Shown: positions 13,661 to 26,303 of the stretch, piece by piece
Layout: each line of letters begins with the position of its first letter
How positions within the stretch are numbered: position 1 is the first letter of the stretch
DNA from: Mobula birostris
Taxonomy: Eukaryota
Direction of reading: 5' to 3'
DNA length: 64,000 bases
Assembly: GCF_030028105.1 (NCBI RefSeq)
Contig: NC_092372.1
Location: 168,770,058 to 168,834,057, forward strand
Made by a program: the position numbers and the translations under genes
Notes under the pieces: model-generated
Database searches by the model: none
Seen by the model: the letters and a program-made list of their open reading frames with translations, nothing else
What the model was told of the DNA's origin: nothing

Positions 13661-14269
13661 CTGCAGAACACAGAAGCAAAAAAAAATCATCATAAATGTA
13701 ATTAAAGTAGTCTGCACAAATAATTTAGGTCAGCAATTATTGTTAAAAATCACTAAAATTTCAAGAAACTCCTAACAATCCATATTAACCATTTAGTATT
13801 AAATATATGTTATTATATATACTTCTAAATCAGAATGTGTCATTTTATTTTCTCTTAAATAACAATGCTGCTTAGCTGATACCACAGATATTAGTAGGTC
13901 TACATAATGTTGCAACAGGGTTTAATCTTCATGTACAAATTAGCCAATAAACATGACAAAATATTTGATTTGGTGACAACTGAACTAACTTCAATACAGA
14001 TCACTGCCAGTATTCACACCTGCATTTTCCTCAGACCCTAAGTAAAAATTGAAGGAGAAAACCGAGACAATTTTTCTTCCTTCTACACTTCTAGATCAGC
14101 AAGGTTCATGTAGCACTCCTTCTGTTGTCTTGGCCAATTCAACTTAGCACCCAGTGCAAGTCATGAAGACTGATACATAAACGAATTGAAGTCCTTTATT
14201 TTTAAGTTACTTGATAGTGTTCCGATATCTAGCCAGCTGCCAAAATTGGTGGAGGAAGCCAGAACACTA

Positions 14270-14960
14270 AATTTCAAAGGTTCAGTCATTACCAAAGTAT
14301 ACAAATCTGAAATTCTTCCGCAGAGAGCCACAAAACCAAGAAAGAAAAGCATGGCAACTCAATCATCAATCCCCAAATCACTCCTCTCCACACAAAAAAT
14401 GAACAAAAACGGAACAGGCACATCGATTCCCAAATTCCCTGTGCCCACGCAGAAAAACACAAGAAAGATCAGGAAAAAAAAAACACAGAATATCAAAAAC
14501 CATAAGACTGGAAAAAGTCTACAGTCCAAGTCCATATCCAAAACACAGAAAACCGGGGTAACATTCTCCAGGCACAGCGGCAGGCCATTCCCTTTCTGGC
14601 AGCAGAGCGATCCCACCAGTGATCAAAAGGCAGGCAGCCAGCACTCAGCTTCCATATTCGCTCGATGTTTCAATCTCCCTTGTTGCTTTAATCGGTGAAC
14701 AATGGAAGCTATAATTGGTGAAATGAAGTCAAACACTGGCTCGTGCCCCACAGCTTTCACACAAGATGCTTCTACCTCCCGGAATCTTCTCAGAGACTGC
14801 AGAGCGCTGAAACACTCAAACCATCTCCAAACGGAACTCAACATGAAAAACAAATGTAAAAGCATCAAAGAAGTGAAATATATGGCTTCATGATCTATCC
14901 AGAAGATGTTGACCGAAGGAGCGTTGTATGCAGTTGCCATCTTGACTGGAAGTGACCATA
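14270..14960 (-). mobile_element. Non-autonomous LINE-derived element with Rex1-like tail
   Basis: Left end resembles the (tttgaa) tail at 43049; right end reads cacttccagtcaagatggc on the minus strand, a typical LINE 5' start; no RT coding between them. Confidence 0.5.
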
Positions 14961-14984
14961 CATGATTTTAAGATTAATTAAAAT

Positions 14985-15737
14985 CACTTTGGAAGGACAA
15001 ACTCCAAGGCAGAGTACAAGTAAGTGGCAGGATACTTGGTAGTGTGGAGTAGCAGAGGGATCTCGGGGTACATGTCCACAGATCCCTAAAAGTTGCCTCA
15101 CAGGTGGATAGGGTAGTTAAGAAAGCTTATGGGGTGTTAGCTTTCATAAGTCGAGGGATAGAGTTTAAGAGTCGCGATGTAATGATGCAGCTCTATAAAA
15201 CTCTGGTTAGGCCACACTTGGAGTACTGTGTCCAGTTCTGGTCACCTCACTATAGGAAGGATGTGGAGGCATTGGAAAGGGTACAGAGGAGATCTACCAA
15301 GATGCTGCCTGGTTTAGAAAGTATGCATTATGATCAGAGATTAAGGGAGCTAGGGCTTTACTCTTTGGAGAGAAGGAGGATGAGAAGAGACATGATAGAG
15401 GTGTACAAGATAATAAGAGGAATAGATAGAGTGGATAGCCAGCGCCTCTTCCCCAGGGCACCACTGCTCAATACAAGAGGACATGGCTTTAAGGTAAGGG
15501 GTGGGAAGTTCAAGAGGGATATTAGAAGAAGGTTTTTTACTCAGAGAGTGGTTGGTGCGTGGAATGCACTGCCTGAGTCAGTGGTGGAGGCAGATACACT
15601 AGTGAAGTTTAACAGACTACTAGACAGGTATATGGAGGAATTTAAGGTGGGGGCTTATATGGGAGGCAGAGTTTGAGGGTCGGCACAACATTGTGGGCCG
15701 AAGGGCCTGTACTGTGCTGTACTATTCTATGTTCTAT
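14985..15737 (+). mobile_element. Young CR1 family A 3' fragment
   Basis: Intact ORF 15104-15676 with about 12 of 190 residues differing from the copy at 1514-2587; tail ttctatgttcta. Confidence 0.95.
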
Positions 15738-16761
15738 TAAGGCATTATTTAGCAATGAAATTAGGAAATATTTGCACAAAGAGCTGTGGAAATGTGAAAC
15801 TTGCTCCTGAAAATGCTGCATCATTTGAAGGGGCCTTGATAGATCTTACATCAGGTAAAGATATCTAAGTATATAGAGCAAGAGTAGGTAAATGAAGTTA
15901 AGCTACAGACCAGTCATAATCTAACAGAATTATAAGAATGGGTTACATGGTCTAATGATCCTTCAATTCTAAATGAATCCCCATTAAATTTCAACTTTTT
16001 TAACTATTGCTGTGACAGGATAAAAGTCAGGGAAAACTTCTTCCTATACCATACTGTCCAAATGAAATCCACTATTATATCAACACTGAGAGAGTGGCTG
16101 TTTAAAATGGTTTTCACATTTCATCCATGATATACTGCATAAATTTAAGAAAAATATTTAAAAGTTATCATTTTCAAGTTATTTCATTTGACAGTGATAA
16201 GCTACCTTATTTGTTATAAAAATAGCAAATGTACAATGTAGATTCATGAGCAACATTTGGTATTCCACCAGTGTACTAGCTAACTCAATCACTGGCAATT
16301 AAGAATCAAGTCAATCTTCTCATGGGATAAATAGTATGTCTGAAACATCTTCATTACATGATACTTCCTTCATGATACCTGTAATACAAGCATTAACTGA
16401 ACTCAGAATGACCACTGAGTATGGTAAATTTATACCTTCTATTCGTCCTACCATATACATAAATTTATAAAGTCAAGGGAGGAATATGTTACTTTATAAT
16501 GAATTCTGATTCCAGAATACAATCAAACAACCATAGATGAGATCATATGCAAATGAACAATCATACATTGTCTCTTTAATTTTTCTTAAAAGTATAAAAC
16601 TGTACAGTGTAATATGAAAACATTACCAAGAAAATTACATTTAACACTATTCACAGCCTTTCTAAAGCATAAGACCCCAAAAATATAATGAGAGAGCCCA
16701 GAATTTATTAATGTAGTCAAATATATCACTCCATGTTATGACTGAAAGACCTATTAATTAC

Positions 16762-16798
16762 CTTGTATTCAACAATATTCTTCACACCAAAACAATAG
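16762..16798 (-). CDS. Putative 37-nt exon of unidentified host gene (YCFGVKNIVEYK)
   Basis: cttttgccctcttttcttacag|...AAG|gtaatt; both sites strong; phase 2 to 0. Confidence 0.65.
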
Positions 16799-18299
16799 CT
16801 GTAAGAAAAGAGGGCAAAAGATGTCGGTGACATATTCCCACGAGGTAGAAAAAATTACTTGGAACTTAGGGAAGAAAGGCAAGTTGGCAACCTTATGAAA
16901 AAGGGATTTGGTGAATAGCATTACATAAATAGAAAACATTCATAATGTCTATATATTAAATTTAAAGGACTGGATGGGATGGGAATCTGAGGACTCTGCT
17001 AATGTTTAGAAATCTGCGGTCTGGATTCTTTGTTGAGAGGGTGTTTTATTTGAGAAGCATTGTGCTAAAGTCAAAATATAACTGGATGTGGAAGTTTGAA
17101 TCTGAGCATCACCGTATGGGACAAACAGTGATCAAAATTGCAAGAAAAAAAGTTCCATGCATGATTGGTTAAGCACTTTAAAAATGCAGACATGGCTGAA
17201 TATAAGTTTGCCAGCTGTAGTACTGATTACTTTCGTTAGTTCACAGGCAATAAGAGTTTAAGCATCAAGAGTGAGTGATTTAATGAACAATTTTGCTCTC
17301 AACTTGTTGTCTGATATCAACTCGAGTACTAAAATCTAATCTTGTGCTCAGAGCACTCGTGAATAAAGCAGTTCATCAAAGCAATCAGTCTCAAAGTTTT
17401 CATCTTAAATTGATCTAACTGCATTTTTAAAAGTTTGCTTCTGTTTAAACATTTGCCTCTTCATCTGCTAATCAATTCCAGTAATTGTCATTTTTGGAAG
17501 CTCCTATAACAGGAAAAAAATGTTGCAGCAATCAAGCTACCAAATATTTTTTCTAAAGGGTAATCCTTTCCAGATTTCAACCAATATTAGTCACAAAAGC
17601 TGACTCAGAGTATGTGCATCACTGTACAATAGTAAACTACAGGATATGGTTTAACTGTGGACTTCAAGGAAATCATCCACCTGGGATCAATATTTCCTCT
17701 TTTTATGTGCAGGTAAAATCTGGAAAATTCATATAGGACATACTCAGATACTCAAAAAAGCTGCTTAACCAGGCTGTGATTATAGGCTCCTGTCCTATCA
17801 TTAGTGTTAAATTCACTTGCAGAACTGGTTTAAGAAAATTCTCATTTCTCACCTTGCACAAAAACTGATTTGAACTTCGAGCAATTTAGTAGGTCTTAAA
17901 TTATTTCCCAGGTTAACAGGCAGGAAGAATCATACATCCCTTTATCTAATATGTGACTTATGATAAGATGTGAGGGCAGTGGACATCATATGCAGAGACA
18001 GAATCCAATCTTGTGAAGGCACTCAATGTTAGTCACTTAGTTTATCGTAGAAAGAATATTATTTGCCATTCTCTTAGTTTCATATAATGTAGGGATTTGA
18101 TGGTAGAAACATTTGTTCTTGATGCCATATATTTGGTCAACTTTTCTCACACTAACATATATTCACCAATGTTTCAGGAAAGGCTTCTTCCCCTCCACCA
18201 AATAGAAATTTATAGCTTTTTTTTTATTATGTGTTGCCACAAAACAACATATTTCATGACATATGCTGTGATATTACACCTGATTTGGATTCTGATATA

Positions 18300-19881
18300 C
18301 AGGTGTCCTCCGCTTTTCGAACGTTCGCTTTACGAAACCTCACTGTTACGAAAGACCTACATTAATACCCTGTTTTCGCTTTCAGAAGGTGTCTTCACTG
18401 TTACGAAAAAAAAGCAGCGCGCAGGGAAAATCAGCGCGTGATAAAAGGCAGCGCGCGCCCCGAGTAGCCACTGTCCCCCGGATTCGGAATCGCATTCTAG
18501 CCAGCATTGCTTAAACACATGCCTGTGAGCAGCCGTTTGCAAGATGAGTTCTAAGGTATTGGAAAAGCCTAAAAGAGCTCATAAGGGTGTTACACTTAGC
18601 GTAAAACTAGACATAATTAAGCGTTTCGATCGTGGTGAACGAAGTAAGGACAAAGTGAGTTTGGCTTGTGGAAGCTGACGAAGATGATGTTGAAGAGGTT
18701 TTGGCATCCCACGACCAAGAACTGATAGATGAAGAGCTGATGCAATTGGAAGAAGAAAGGATAACGATCGAAACCGAATGCAGTAGCAAAAGTGAAGTCG
18801 TTCAGAAACTGAACGTGAAGCAACTGCGTGAGATTTTCGCTGCAATGATAAAGTACGACTTTAATTTTGAAAGGGTACGTAGGTTTAAGGGATATTTGCA
18901 GGATGATTTGAGTCCTTACAAAGAACTGTATGATAGAAAACTGCGCGAGGCTCAGCAGTCAAGCAAGCCTTCCACATCAGCCACAGCAGACAACGAACCT
19001 CGACCTTCGACATCGAGGCGGGCAGTCATAGGAGAAGATGAGCTGCCTGCTCTAATGGAAACAGACGACGAGATGACACCTCACTGTCCCACCACCCTAC
19101 GATTCACGGAGAATGCAGCGGTAGCTGGGAGGCACACAGCACATCTTTAAGAAAAAAGCCGAAATAAACATGCTAATTAATTAGGTGCCGCCCGATTGCA
19201 TCGTCTCTGATCTGGGCCGACAATTACGTGTCGGGCAGCACCTAATTAATTAGCATGTTTATTTCGGCTTTTTTCTTAAAGATGTGATGTGTGCCTCCCG
19301 GCTTACCGCTGCACCCCTGCATGCTTCACGGATCAGGATCGGTTGGTGGCCACTGCACCACCCCAACCTGCGACGACTCAGTCTAACACACCATCATCAG
19401 CGTGCTCGGCGCTGAACCAATTCCGGTAAGTGATACTACACTGTACATTCATTATTTCTACTTTATATAGGCTGTGTATTTTTACGTGTTATTTGGTATG
19501 ATTTGGCAGCTTCATAGCTTAAAGGTCACTGGACAGCGCTTGCACCGTGTTTTTGCCAACAGCGCTTGCGTGAGATTTTCTGCCGACGGCGCTTGTGTGA
19601 GATTTTCGCTACGGAGAACAGTGCAGTAATGATTGTGGAAAAGTATTTCTACTTTATATAGGCTGTGTATTTATCATATCATTCCTGCCTTTACTATACG
19701 TTACTGTTATTTTAGGTTTTATGTGAAATTTGGCATGATTTGGTAGGTTATTTTTGGGTCTGCGAACGCTCACAAACTTCTCCCATATAAATAAATGGTA
19801 ATTGCTTCTTCGCCTTACGGCATTTCGGCTTACAAACTGTTTCATAGGAACGCTCTACCTTCGGATGGCGGGGGAAACCTG
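18300..19881 (+). mobile_element. Tigger/pogo-family non-autonomous deletion derivative (1582 bp)
   Basis: TA TSDs (18298-18299, 19882-19883); imperfect TIRs caggtgtcctccgc / gcgggggaaacctg. CENP-B-like N-terminus MSSKVLEKPKRAHKGVTLSVKLDIIKRFDRGER from 18544 is fused out of frame to a Tigger acidic C-terminus (ORF 18668-19150); no DDE domain. Confidence 0.9.
19114..19313. repeat. Long inverted repeat (arms about 82 bp, 35-nt spacer)
   Basis: 19114-19195 is the near-perfect reverse complement of 19231-19313. Confidence 0.95.
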
Positions 19882-20824
19882 TATCTGACTGGTGAGAGCT
19901 GATACCACAGGAACCCGAGTTTATCAACATTGAACCTATTATTCATTGTTGCAAAATAACAGCTTAAGAGCTGGAGTAGGCCATTGGATGAGGCACTAAT
20001 ATTTAATAAGTTTGTGGCTGATCTGATTGTCACTACTGACACATTAAAGACTAGAGTAACATTTCCTTTTTCTTTTATGTTAATAAAATAATTTTATGTA
20101 TAAAACACACACCTCAGATACTGATGAGTACAGGTAGAAAAACAGAGGTTTGCAAAAGAAACAATTTAAACCTGCTTAAAGCAATGACACTATGAGCGAT
20201 TCAAGTGAAAGTTGGAAAAGCATTTTCACTTTGTTAATTAGGTATTATATTCTATCACAGTAAACTAAGGCTACATAGATTGTTAGCTCATTTAATCAAC
20301 CAATGTTTCACTTGATCAAATATGATCAAAAATACATTGTAAAAATATTTACCAAACATAAACAGTAGGGAACTGGTAATGCACGTAAATTCTCAAAACA
20401 CTAAAATTGAAAATAGAAATATTCCTGTTTTCAATTGTGTCAAGCAGTGATGGAGTTTATCACAGTATTACCAGAAACTGCTGGAAATGCTCAGCAACAT
20501 AAGCACGCTTATGAGGGGGAAAAAAACACAATTGTCAACAGTTCAGGTTCTAAATAAAAACTACTTCACCCTCTGCTGATGTTGCCTGACCTAAGTATTT
20601 CTAGCACTTCCTAATTTATTCCATATTTCCTTCTTATGATGTTTTCCACATTTTTTTCCACAGGTATTAATTATTTATCAGCTTTGGAAACTGATTCAAA
20701 CTCCCTCCTAGGAACCTTTGAGGCAAAGGTTTTATAACATTTTAATTAAAAAAAACACAAATGTGTACACTTTCTGGGTACTGGAGACCACGTCGAAGTA
20801 AGCTCTTTCATTTATTTACTTGTC

Positions 20825-21110
20825 TATCTTTCAGGATGACCGAAAGTACTTCACAACTGAAGGTTTGTTTTCTTTGCGGGAAGAAAACATATCCAACGCT
20901 GTAAGCAAACACAGCAGGTATTCTATACATAATGAAGGATAAATGTTGGCTAAGATACCAAGTAAGCTCTTTTACCTTTCTTGCTCATTCACCTCGGTAC
21001 TGTAGTTCCATTTGAAAGACAAATTCTTATAAAAATCAGGCTGGATTTTTCACTCAGGTAATGAATTGGACTTTGAATTGATGGTTCAGACAAGATAAGA
21101 AAGCTTACAT
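20825..21110 (-). mobile_element. Decayed Deu-domain SINE
   Basis: caggatgaccgaaagtacttcaca...ggataaatgttggctaagatacc resembles the reverse complement of the Deu SINE body. Confidence 0.45.
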
Positions 21111-21336
21111 TTTGATCATTTATTTGTGCTTAAAAATGATCTCAGGCTGAAAGATTTTAGATATTGCAACTGACAATACCATTGGTTTGGGAAAGTTCAA
21201 AAAGTTGTGAATATATCCAGCACTAGAAATGTACCTGTGCAAACCTTGAAATGTAATAGGTAATTGCCAGCTTTTGCTCCCATGGTTAAATAAGCTGCTC
21301 ATATTGAATCTGTAAATATATATAAGGAATGGTCAG

Positions 21337-21570
21337 AAACACAAGAAAGTCTTCAGATGCTGGAAATCCAGAGTAATATACACAAAACGTTGGAGATACT
21401 CAGCAGGTCAGGAACTCATCGATGGAAATGAATAAACAATTTTCCAGGCTGAGACCTTTCATCCTGACTGGAAAGGAAGGGAGAAGATGCCTGATTAAAC
21501 CAGTGGGGGAAGGGGAAGGAGGACGTTAAAATATGATAGGTGAGGCCAGGTGGCTGGGAAGGTAAAGGAC
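21337..21570 (-). mobile_element. Penelope-like element 3' end
   Basis: Colinear with 34444-34700 (cagatgctggaaatcca...cagcaggtcagg...gagacctttcatc). Confidence 0.7.
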
Positions 21571-21654
21571 TTATTCATTGTCATTCCAAAACAGAAATTG
21601 ATGTAATCATTGAATAAGAGGGTAAAAGCAGTATTGCAATTATTATATTCAGCT

Positions 21655-22692
21655 GTTTAAGGATAGTCAACATTGCATGGTGCATGGTAGGTCATGTCTA
21701 ACCAATTTTGTACAGTTTTTCAAGGAAGTTACCAGGAAAGTTGTTGTTGTCTACATGGACTTCAGCAAGGCATTTGACAAAGTCCTGCATGGGAGGTTGG
21801 TCAAAAAGGTTCAATCGCTCAAGATTCAAGATGAGGTAGTAAGGTGTAGTGGACAGCAAGGAAGGCTACCTGAGCTTGCAGCGGGAACTGGACCAGCTGG
21901 AAAAATGGGCCCTTAAAAAGGCAGATGGAAATAATGCAGACAAGTGTGAAGTGTGGCACTTTGGTAGCACCAACCATGGTAGGTCTTACACAGTGAATGG
22001 TAGGAGTGCAGTAGAACAAAGGGATCTGGGAATCGAGGTCCTTAATTCATTGAAAACTGGTGTCACAGGTGGATAGGATCATAAGGAAAGCTGTTGGCAC
22101 ATTGACAATCATAAATCAAAGTACTGAGTACGGGAGATGGGATGTTATGTTGAAATTGTACAGATCATTGCTGAGGTCTAATTTGGAGTACTGTGAGAGT
22201 TTTGGTCACCTACCTACATGAAAAAGTACAGAGTAAATTTATGAGGATATTGCCGGGTCTGGATGACTTGAGTTACAAGGAAAGATTAAATAGGTTTATT
22301 TCTTTATTCCTTGGAATGAAGAAGATTGAGGGCAGATTTGATAGAGGTATACAAATTTATGAGAGATATAAATAGGATAAATGCAAGCAGGCTTTTTCCA
22401 CTGAGATTGGGTAGACTGCAACTAGAAGTCATGGGTTAGTGGGTGAAAGGTAAAAAGTTTTAAGGAGAACATGAGGTAAAACTTCTTCACTCAGAGGGTT
22501 GAGAGAGTGTGGAACAGGCTGCCAGCACAAGTGGTTCATGCGAGCTCGCTTTTATCATTTAAGAGAAGTGTGGATAGATACATAGCTATGATCCCAGGGC
22601 AGGTTGATGGGAGTAGGCAATTTCAATGTTTCAGCAAGGACTAGATGGGCCAAAGGGCCTGTTTCTGTCCTGTACTTTTCTATGACTCTATC
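21655..22692 (+). mobile_element. Decayed CR1 RT and 3' end
   Basis: GRSCLTN, YMDFSKAFDKV, KCEVWHFG; tail ttctatgactcta. Confidence 0.9.
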
Positions 22693-23251
22693 ATTGCTGC
22701 TACATACTTCTCAATATGAAGCCTTAAATATGAATAATACTTAGGCAGAAGAAACTTACATTAGAAAGAAAACATACGGTGGATTAATACTTGCCATATT
22801 GAAAACCAGGTTTGGCATAATGGAAATCATACACATATCGTTCATATTTTTGATGGGGTTAAATAATTCTCCAAAAATGTCAATTATGAGCACTGATTGA
22901 TTTAAACACCCAACAGAAGGAGGTAATTTGTATTGATAAAAGCAGAAGCAGAATTTCTCACAATTTTTGAAAATATAAATACTGAATTTAAATCACTCCT
23001 TCCATAAACTAAGCATTGATTTTAAAAAAGAAAAACTACCACGTTTTCCTGATGGACAGTTTGGTTCATAAGCACCGTACAGGAGATTACATTGTCAAAT
23101 GTTTCCAAAGTACTACACTTTGGATTAAAATATGTCATTAAATAATTTAGAGTCATCAGTAACATTCGGTATTTCTATCCATAAATGGAAAAGACAACAA
23201 TTTAAAAAATACAAATTCAAAGCTGATTGTTAAAGACACATATTCACTCAC

Positions 23252-23274
23252 TACAGCAAACATTCTGACATTAC
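23252..23274 (-). CDS. Putative 23-nt exon of unidentified host gene (VMSECLLY)
   Basis: ctcccacttccgttatag|...GTA|gtgagt; phase 0 to 2, matching the next exon. Confidence 0.55.
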
Positions 23275-23623
23275 CTATAACGGAAGTGGGGAGATCATGC
23301 ATGAGTGAGGAGATTTAAAAATACTAAGTAAGCTGTTCCATTTAAAACTAAACTGCTAAATAGTGATCACAGAACCAACAATAATTTCACGAAGAAAGGA
23401 TGAAAAAAACAATGACCTGTATCAGTAAATCGATTTGTAGATACCTAATGCTGCTTACAATACTTGAACATTGAATGACCTAAATTTGTCACTTATGGTT
23501 GTGGCTACAAGTGATAAATATTTTACATTACCATCTGTGGGTCTTGGTGACAATGTGAATTAGAACACTGGGTCACCTCTTGAGGCTGCATATGAATTAT
23601 GCCAGAGCTAATATGTTACCTAC

Positions 23624-23639
23624 CTCTTTCATTTTCCAG
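23624..23639 (-). CDS. Possible 16-nt microexon (WKMKE)
   Basis: gctttccag|CTGGAAAATGAAAGAG|gtaggt; phase 2 to 0; short pyrimidine tract. Confidence 0.3.
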
Positions 23640-24354
23640 CTGGAAAGCCCATAGGTGAAATGCATTATCATAAGCAGTCCAGTTCTCAGTTACTACTTAA
23701 CACCAAAACAAACATTAAAGTAGTCATCATTCAAAACTAAAACAGCAGTCTTATTTTAAAAATAATAGGAATGGTGAGTAAAAACATATTTTAAATATGG
23801 TTTACAGTAGGCACATAGCTGGATTTTGACAGAGTCATCTTTATCCTTCATAAAACTGGTAAATATCTGATATTGTCTTTTCTACGGAGAACATAATTCA
23901 GATATCAGATGCAAAAACAAAAATGATTTTGCACTAACGTAGCTGACTACAAGGAAATTATAAACATCACAATGAAGAATCACTGCAAATTACTCTGGTT
24001 TTGCAGTCTGCACAAAACTGCTCACAAAGGAAACTATTAAATCCCAAGATACTGCAGCCCCAACTATCCACCGTATGTTCAATATTTTCCTGCAGATGAA
24101 TCCACTGCAATAGATCGATACAAGGAATAAAGTAATGTGTTGACTTTAAATCTGCTCAGTTTGGCATGGATGGCAAGGCAAGTGTGAAACAAACTTCTAC
24201 GTCATTAGCGTCTGATCTCCAGATTAAAAATGCAGGCCTCCCATATGAGCTGCTTGCCCTTGTTGCCTGCAATATAAAATTGCAATCTGTCCTTTTCAGA
24301 GCAGAGGTAAAGTGAGTCAGTTCACAGTAGCATTTTTATTGTTTTCTCTTTTGG

Positions 24355-25668
24355 TTTGCTTATGTGTGAATGATGTTCTTGGACTACAGTTCAGCATTCA
24401 ACACCATAGTTCCATCCAGGCTGGACAAGAAGTTCAGAGACCTCAGCCTTGACCCTGCCTTGTGCAGCTGGATCCTGGACTTCCTGTCAGATCGCCAGCA
24501 GGTTGTAAGAGTGGGCTCTCTCTCCTCCAACCCTCTGACTCTCAATACAGGAGCCCCTCAAGGCTGTGTACTAAGTCCCCTCCTTTACTCCCTGTATACC
24601 CATGACTGTATCACCACCCACAACTCCAATCTGCTAATTAAATTTCCTGACAACACTACACTGATTAGCCTAATCTCAAACAATAACGAGGTGGCCTACA
24701 GGGAAGAGGTCATCTCTCTGACACAGGGGTGTCAAGAAAACAACCTCTCCCTCAATGTGGCAAAAACAAAGGATCTGGTTGTGGATTACAGGAGGAATGG
24801 AGATGTGCTAACCCCTATTGACATCAATGGATCTGGGTTGAGAGGATAAACAGCTTCAAGTTCCTCAGCATCAACATCACCGAGGACCTCATGTGGTCTG
24901 TACACACCAGCTGGGTGTGTGGTGAAAAAGGCAACTCAGACGGTTGAGGGAGTTTGGTATGGGCACCCAAATCCTAAGAACCTTCTACAGGGGCACAATT
25001 GAGAGCATCCTGACTGGCTACATCACTGCCTGGTACGGGAACTGTACCTCCCTTAATCACAGGATTCTGTAGAAAGTGGTGCGGACAGCCCAGTGCATTT
25101 GCAGTAGTGAACTTCCCATGATTCAGGACACTTACAAGGACAGGTGTGTAAAAAGGGCCTGTAGGATCATTGGGGACCCAAGCCATCCCAACCACAATCT
25201 ATTCCAGCTGCTACCATCCGGGAAATGGTACCGCAGCATGAAATGAAATATCTTTATTGTCACTGCATAGCACAGTTGTCATGCACCAATACACCGAAAA
25301 TGAATTTGCAACTCTCATACTCAATGCTATAAAACAACAAATAAAATAAATAAACAATAAATAAATCAAGTAACCAGCCAGCATAAGCAATGTCCAGGAT
25401 TCAACATGGCGGCACGTCCACACGCAGCGGCTCTGCACTCGCTAAATCAGCATAAAAGCCAAGACCAACAGGCTCCAGGACAGCTTCTTCCACCAGGCCA
25501 TCAGACTGATGAACTCACGCTGATTTGAGTGTACTTTATATCACACTGACTGTTCTATTTATTATAAATTACTATGATTGCACATTGCACATTTGGATGG
25601 AGACATTACGTAAAAATTTTTACTCCTCATGTATGTGAAGGGCGTAAGAAATACAGTCAATTCAATTA
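24355..25668 (+). mobile_element. Rex1/Babar-like LINE, RT and 3' UTR
   Basis: ORF 24370-24849: LDYSSAFNTI, TGAPQGCVLSPLLYSLYTHDC, LNVAKTK; tail tcaattcaatt. Confidence 0.9.
25240..25447 (-). mobile_element. 208-bp retroposed insertion inside the Rex1 copy
   Basis: 6-bp TSD cagcat (25234-25239, 25448-25453); minus strand ends aataaagatatttcatttc. Confidence 0.75.
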
Positions 25669-26303
25669 ACAATAAAAAGTCATAAAGACAATTCAGCATT
25701 AGGTAGTTTGATTACTTTGGTTAAAATGGTGAATTTTCAAGAAGATTGTTGGCTGATGGTTTGTGGACAAGGAGACACAAATTGAATATGGTAGGCAAAA
25801 CATGTAAGAAGGAATGAGAGGAAAATCATTTTGTTTTGGCAGAGAGACATTTCAATCTGGGACTCAATGCCTAAATGGTAATGGAAACAGTATTAATTAG
25901 GGCTTTCAAAAAGGTATTGGACAGGTAATTGAGGAAATGTGATTTGCACGGTTGTATGATTGGACTGAAATGATTGCTCAACAAGGAACTAGCACTGATT
26001 CAATGGACAGATGATATCTTTTTATGTCATAATGATTCCATAATTCTGGGAAGGATGTAGGAAAAGATGCTCAACAGTAAAAGTAAGCAATAAGATACAT
26101 GTACAAGTGGCAAAGAAGAGAAATGGAAAGATCTGCAGGATTGAAGACACAGACTAAGCAATGGACAAAAAAAAAACAAGGCAGGATGTATAAGTATTAA
26201 GTATCTACATCAGCATACCTGCAATATTTCACAATGTAAAGTTATAAAACATACTAAAATCCAGAAGTTACTTGGACAATTATTTCAGATCATTTTTCAC
26301 TAT

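Noticed and set aside
13349-13717. 122-aa ORF as a single-exon gene
   Set aside because: Only 13591-13660 is bounded by splice sites; the rest is hydrophobic translation of intron-like T-rich DNA.
14186-14698. 170-aa K/T/Q-rich ORF
   Set aside because: Antisense to a T-rich retroelement tail; low-complexity composition, no domain motif.
19533-19612. Three spaced repeats of about 27 bp, CRISPR-like at first glance
   Set aside because: Degenerate tandem repeat with no unique spacers, inside a Tigger element in eukaryotic DNA.
20835-20862. Plus-strand exon-like ttcag...AAG|gtttgt
   Set aside because: Lies within a decayed SINE and has no plus-strand partner exons.
22778-22892. Minus-strand exon candidate (LIIDIFGELFNPIKN...INPP, donor gtatgt)
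   Set aside because: Weak acceptor, and its only open frame is incompatible with the stronger exon at 23252-23274; cannot exclude alternative use.
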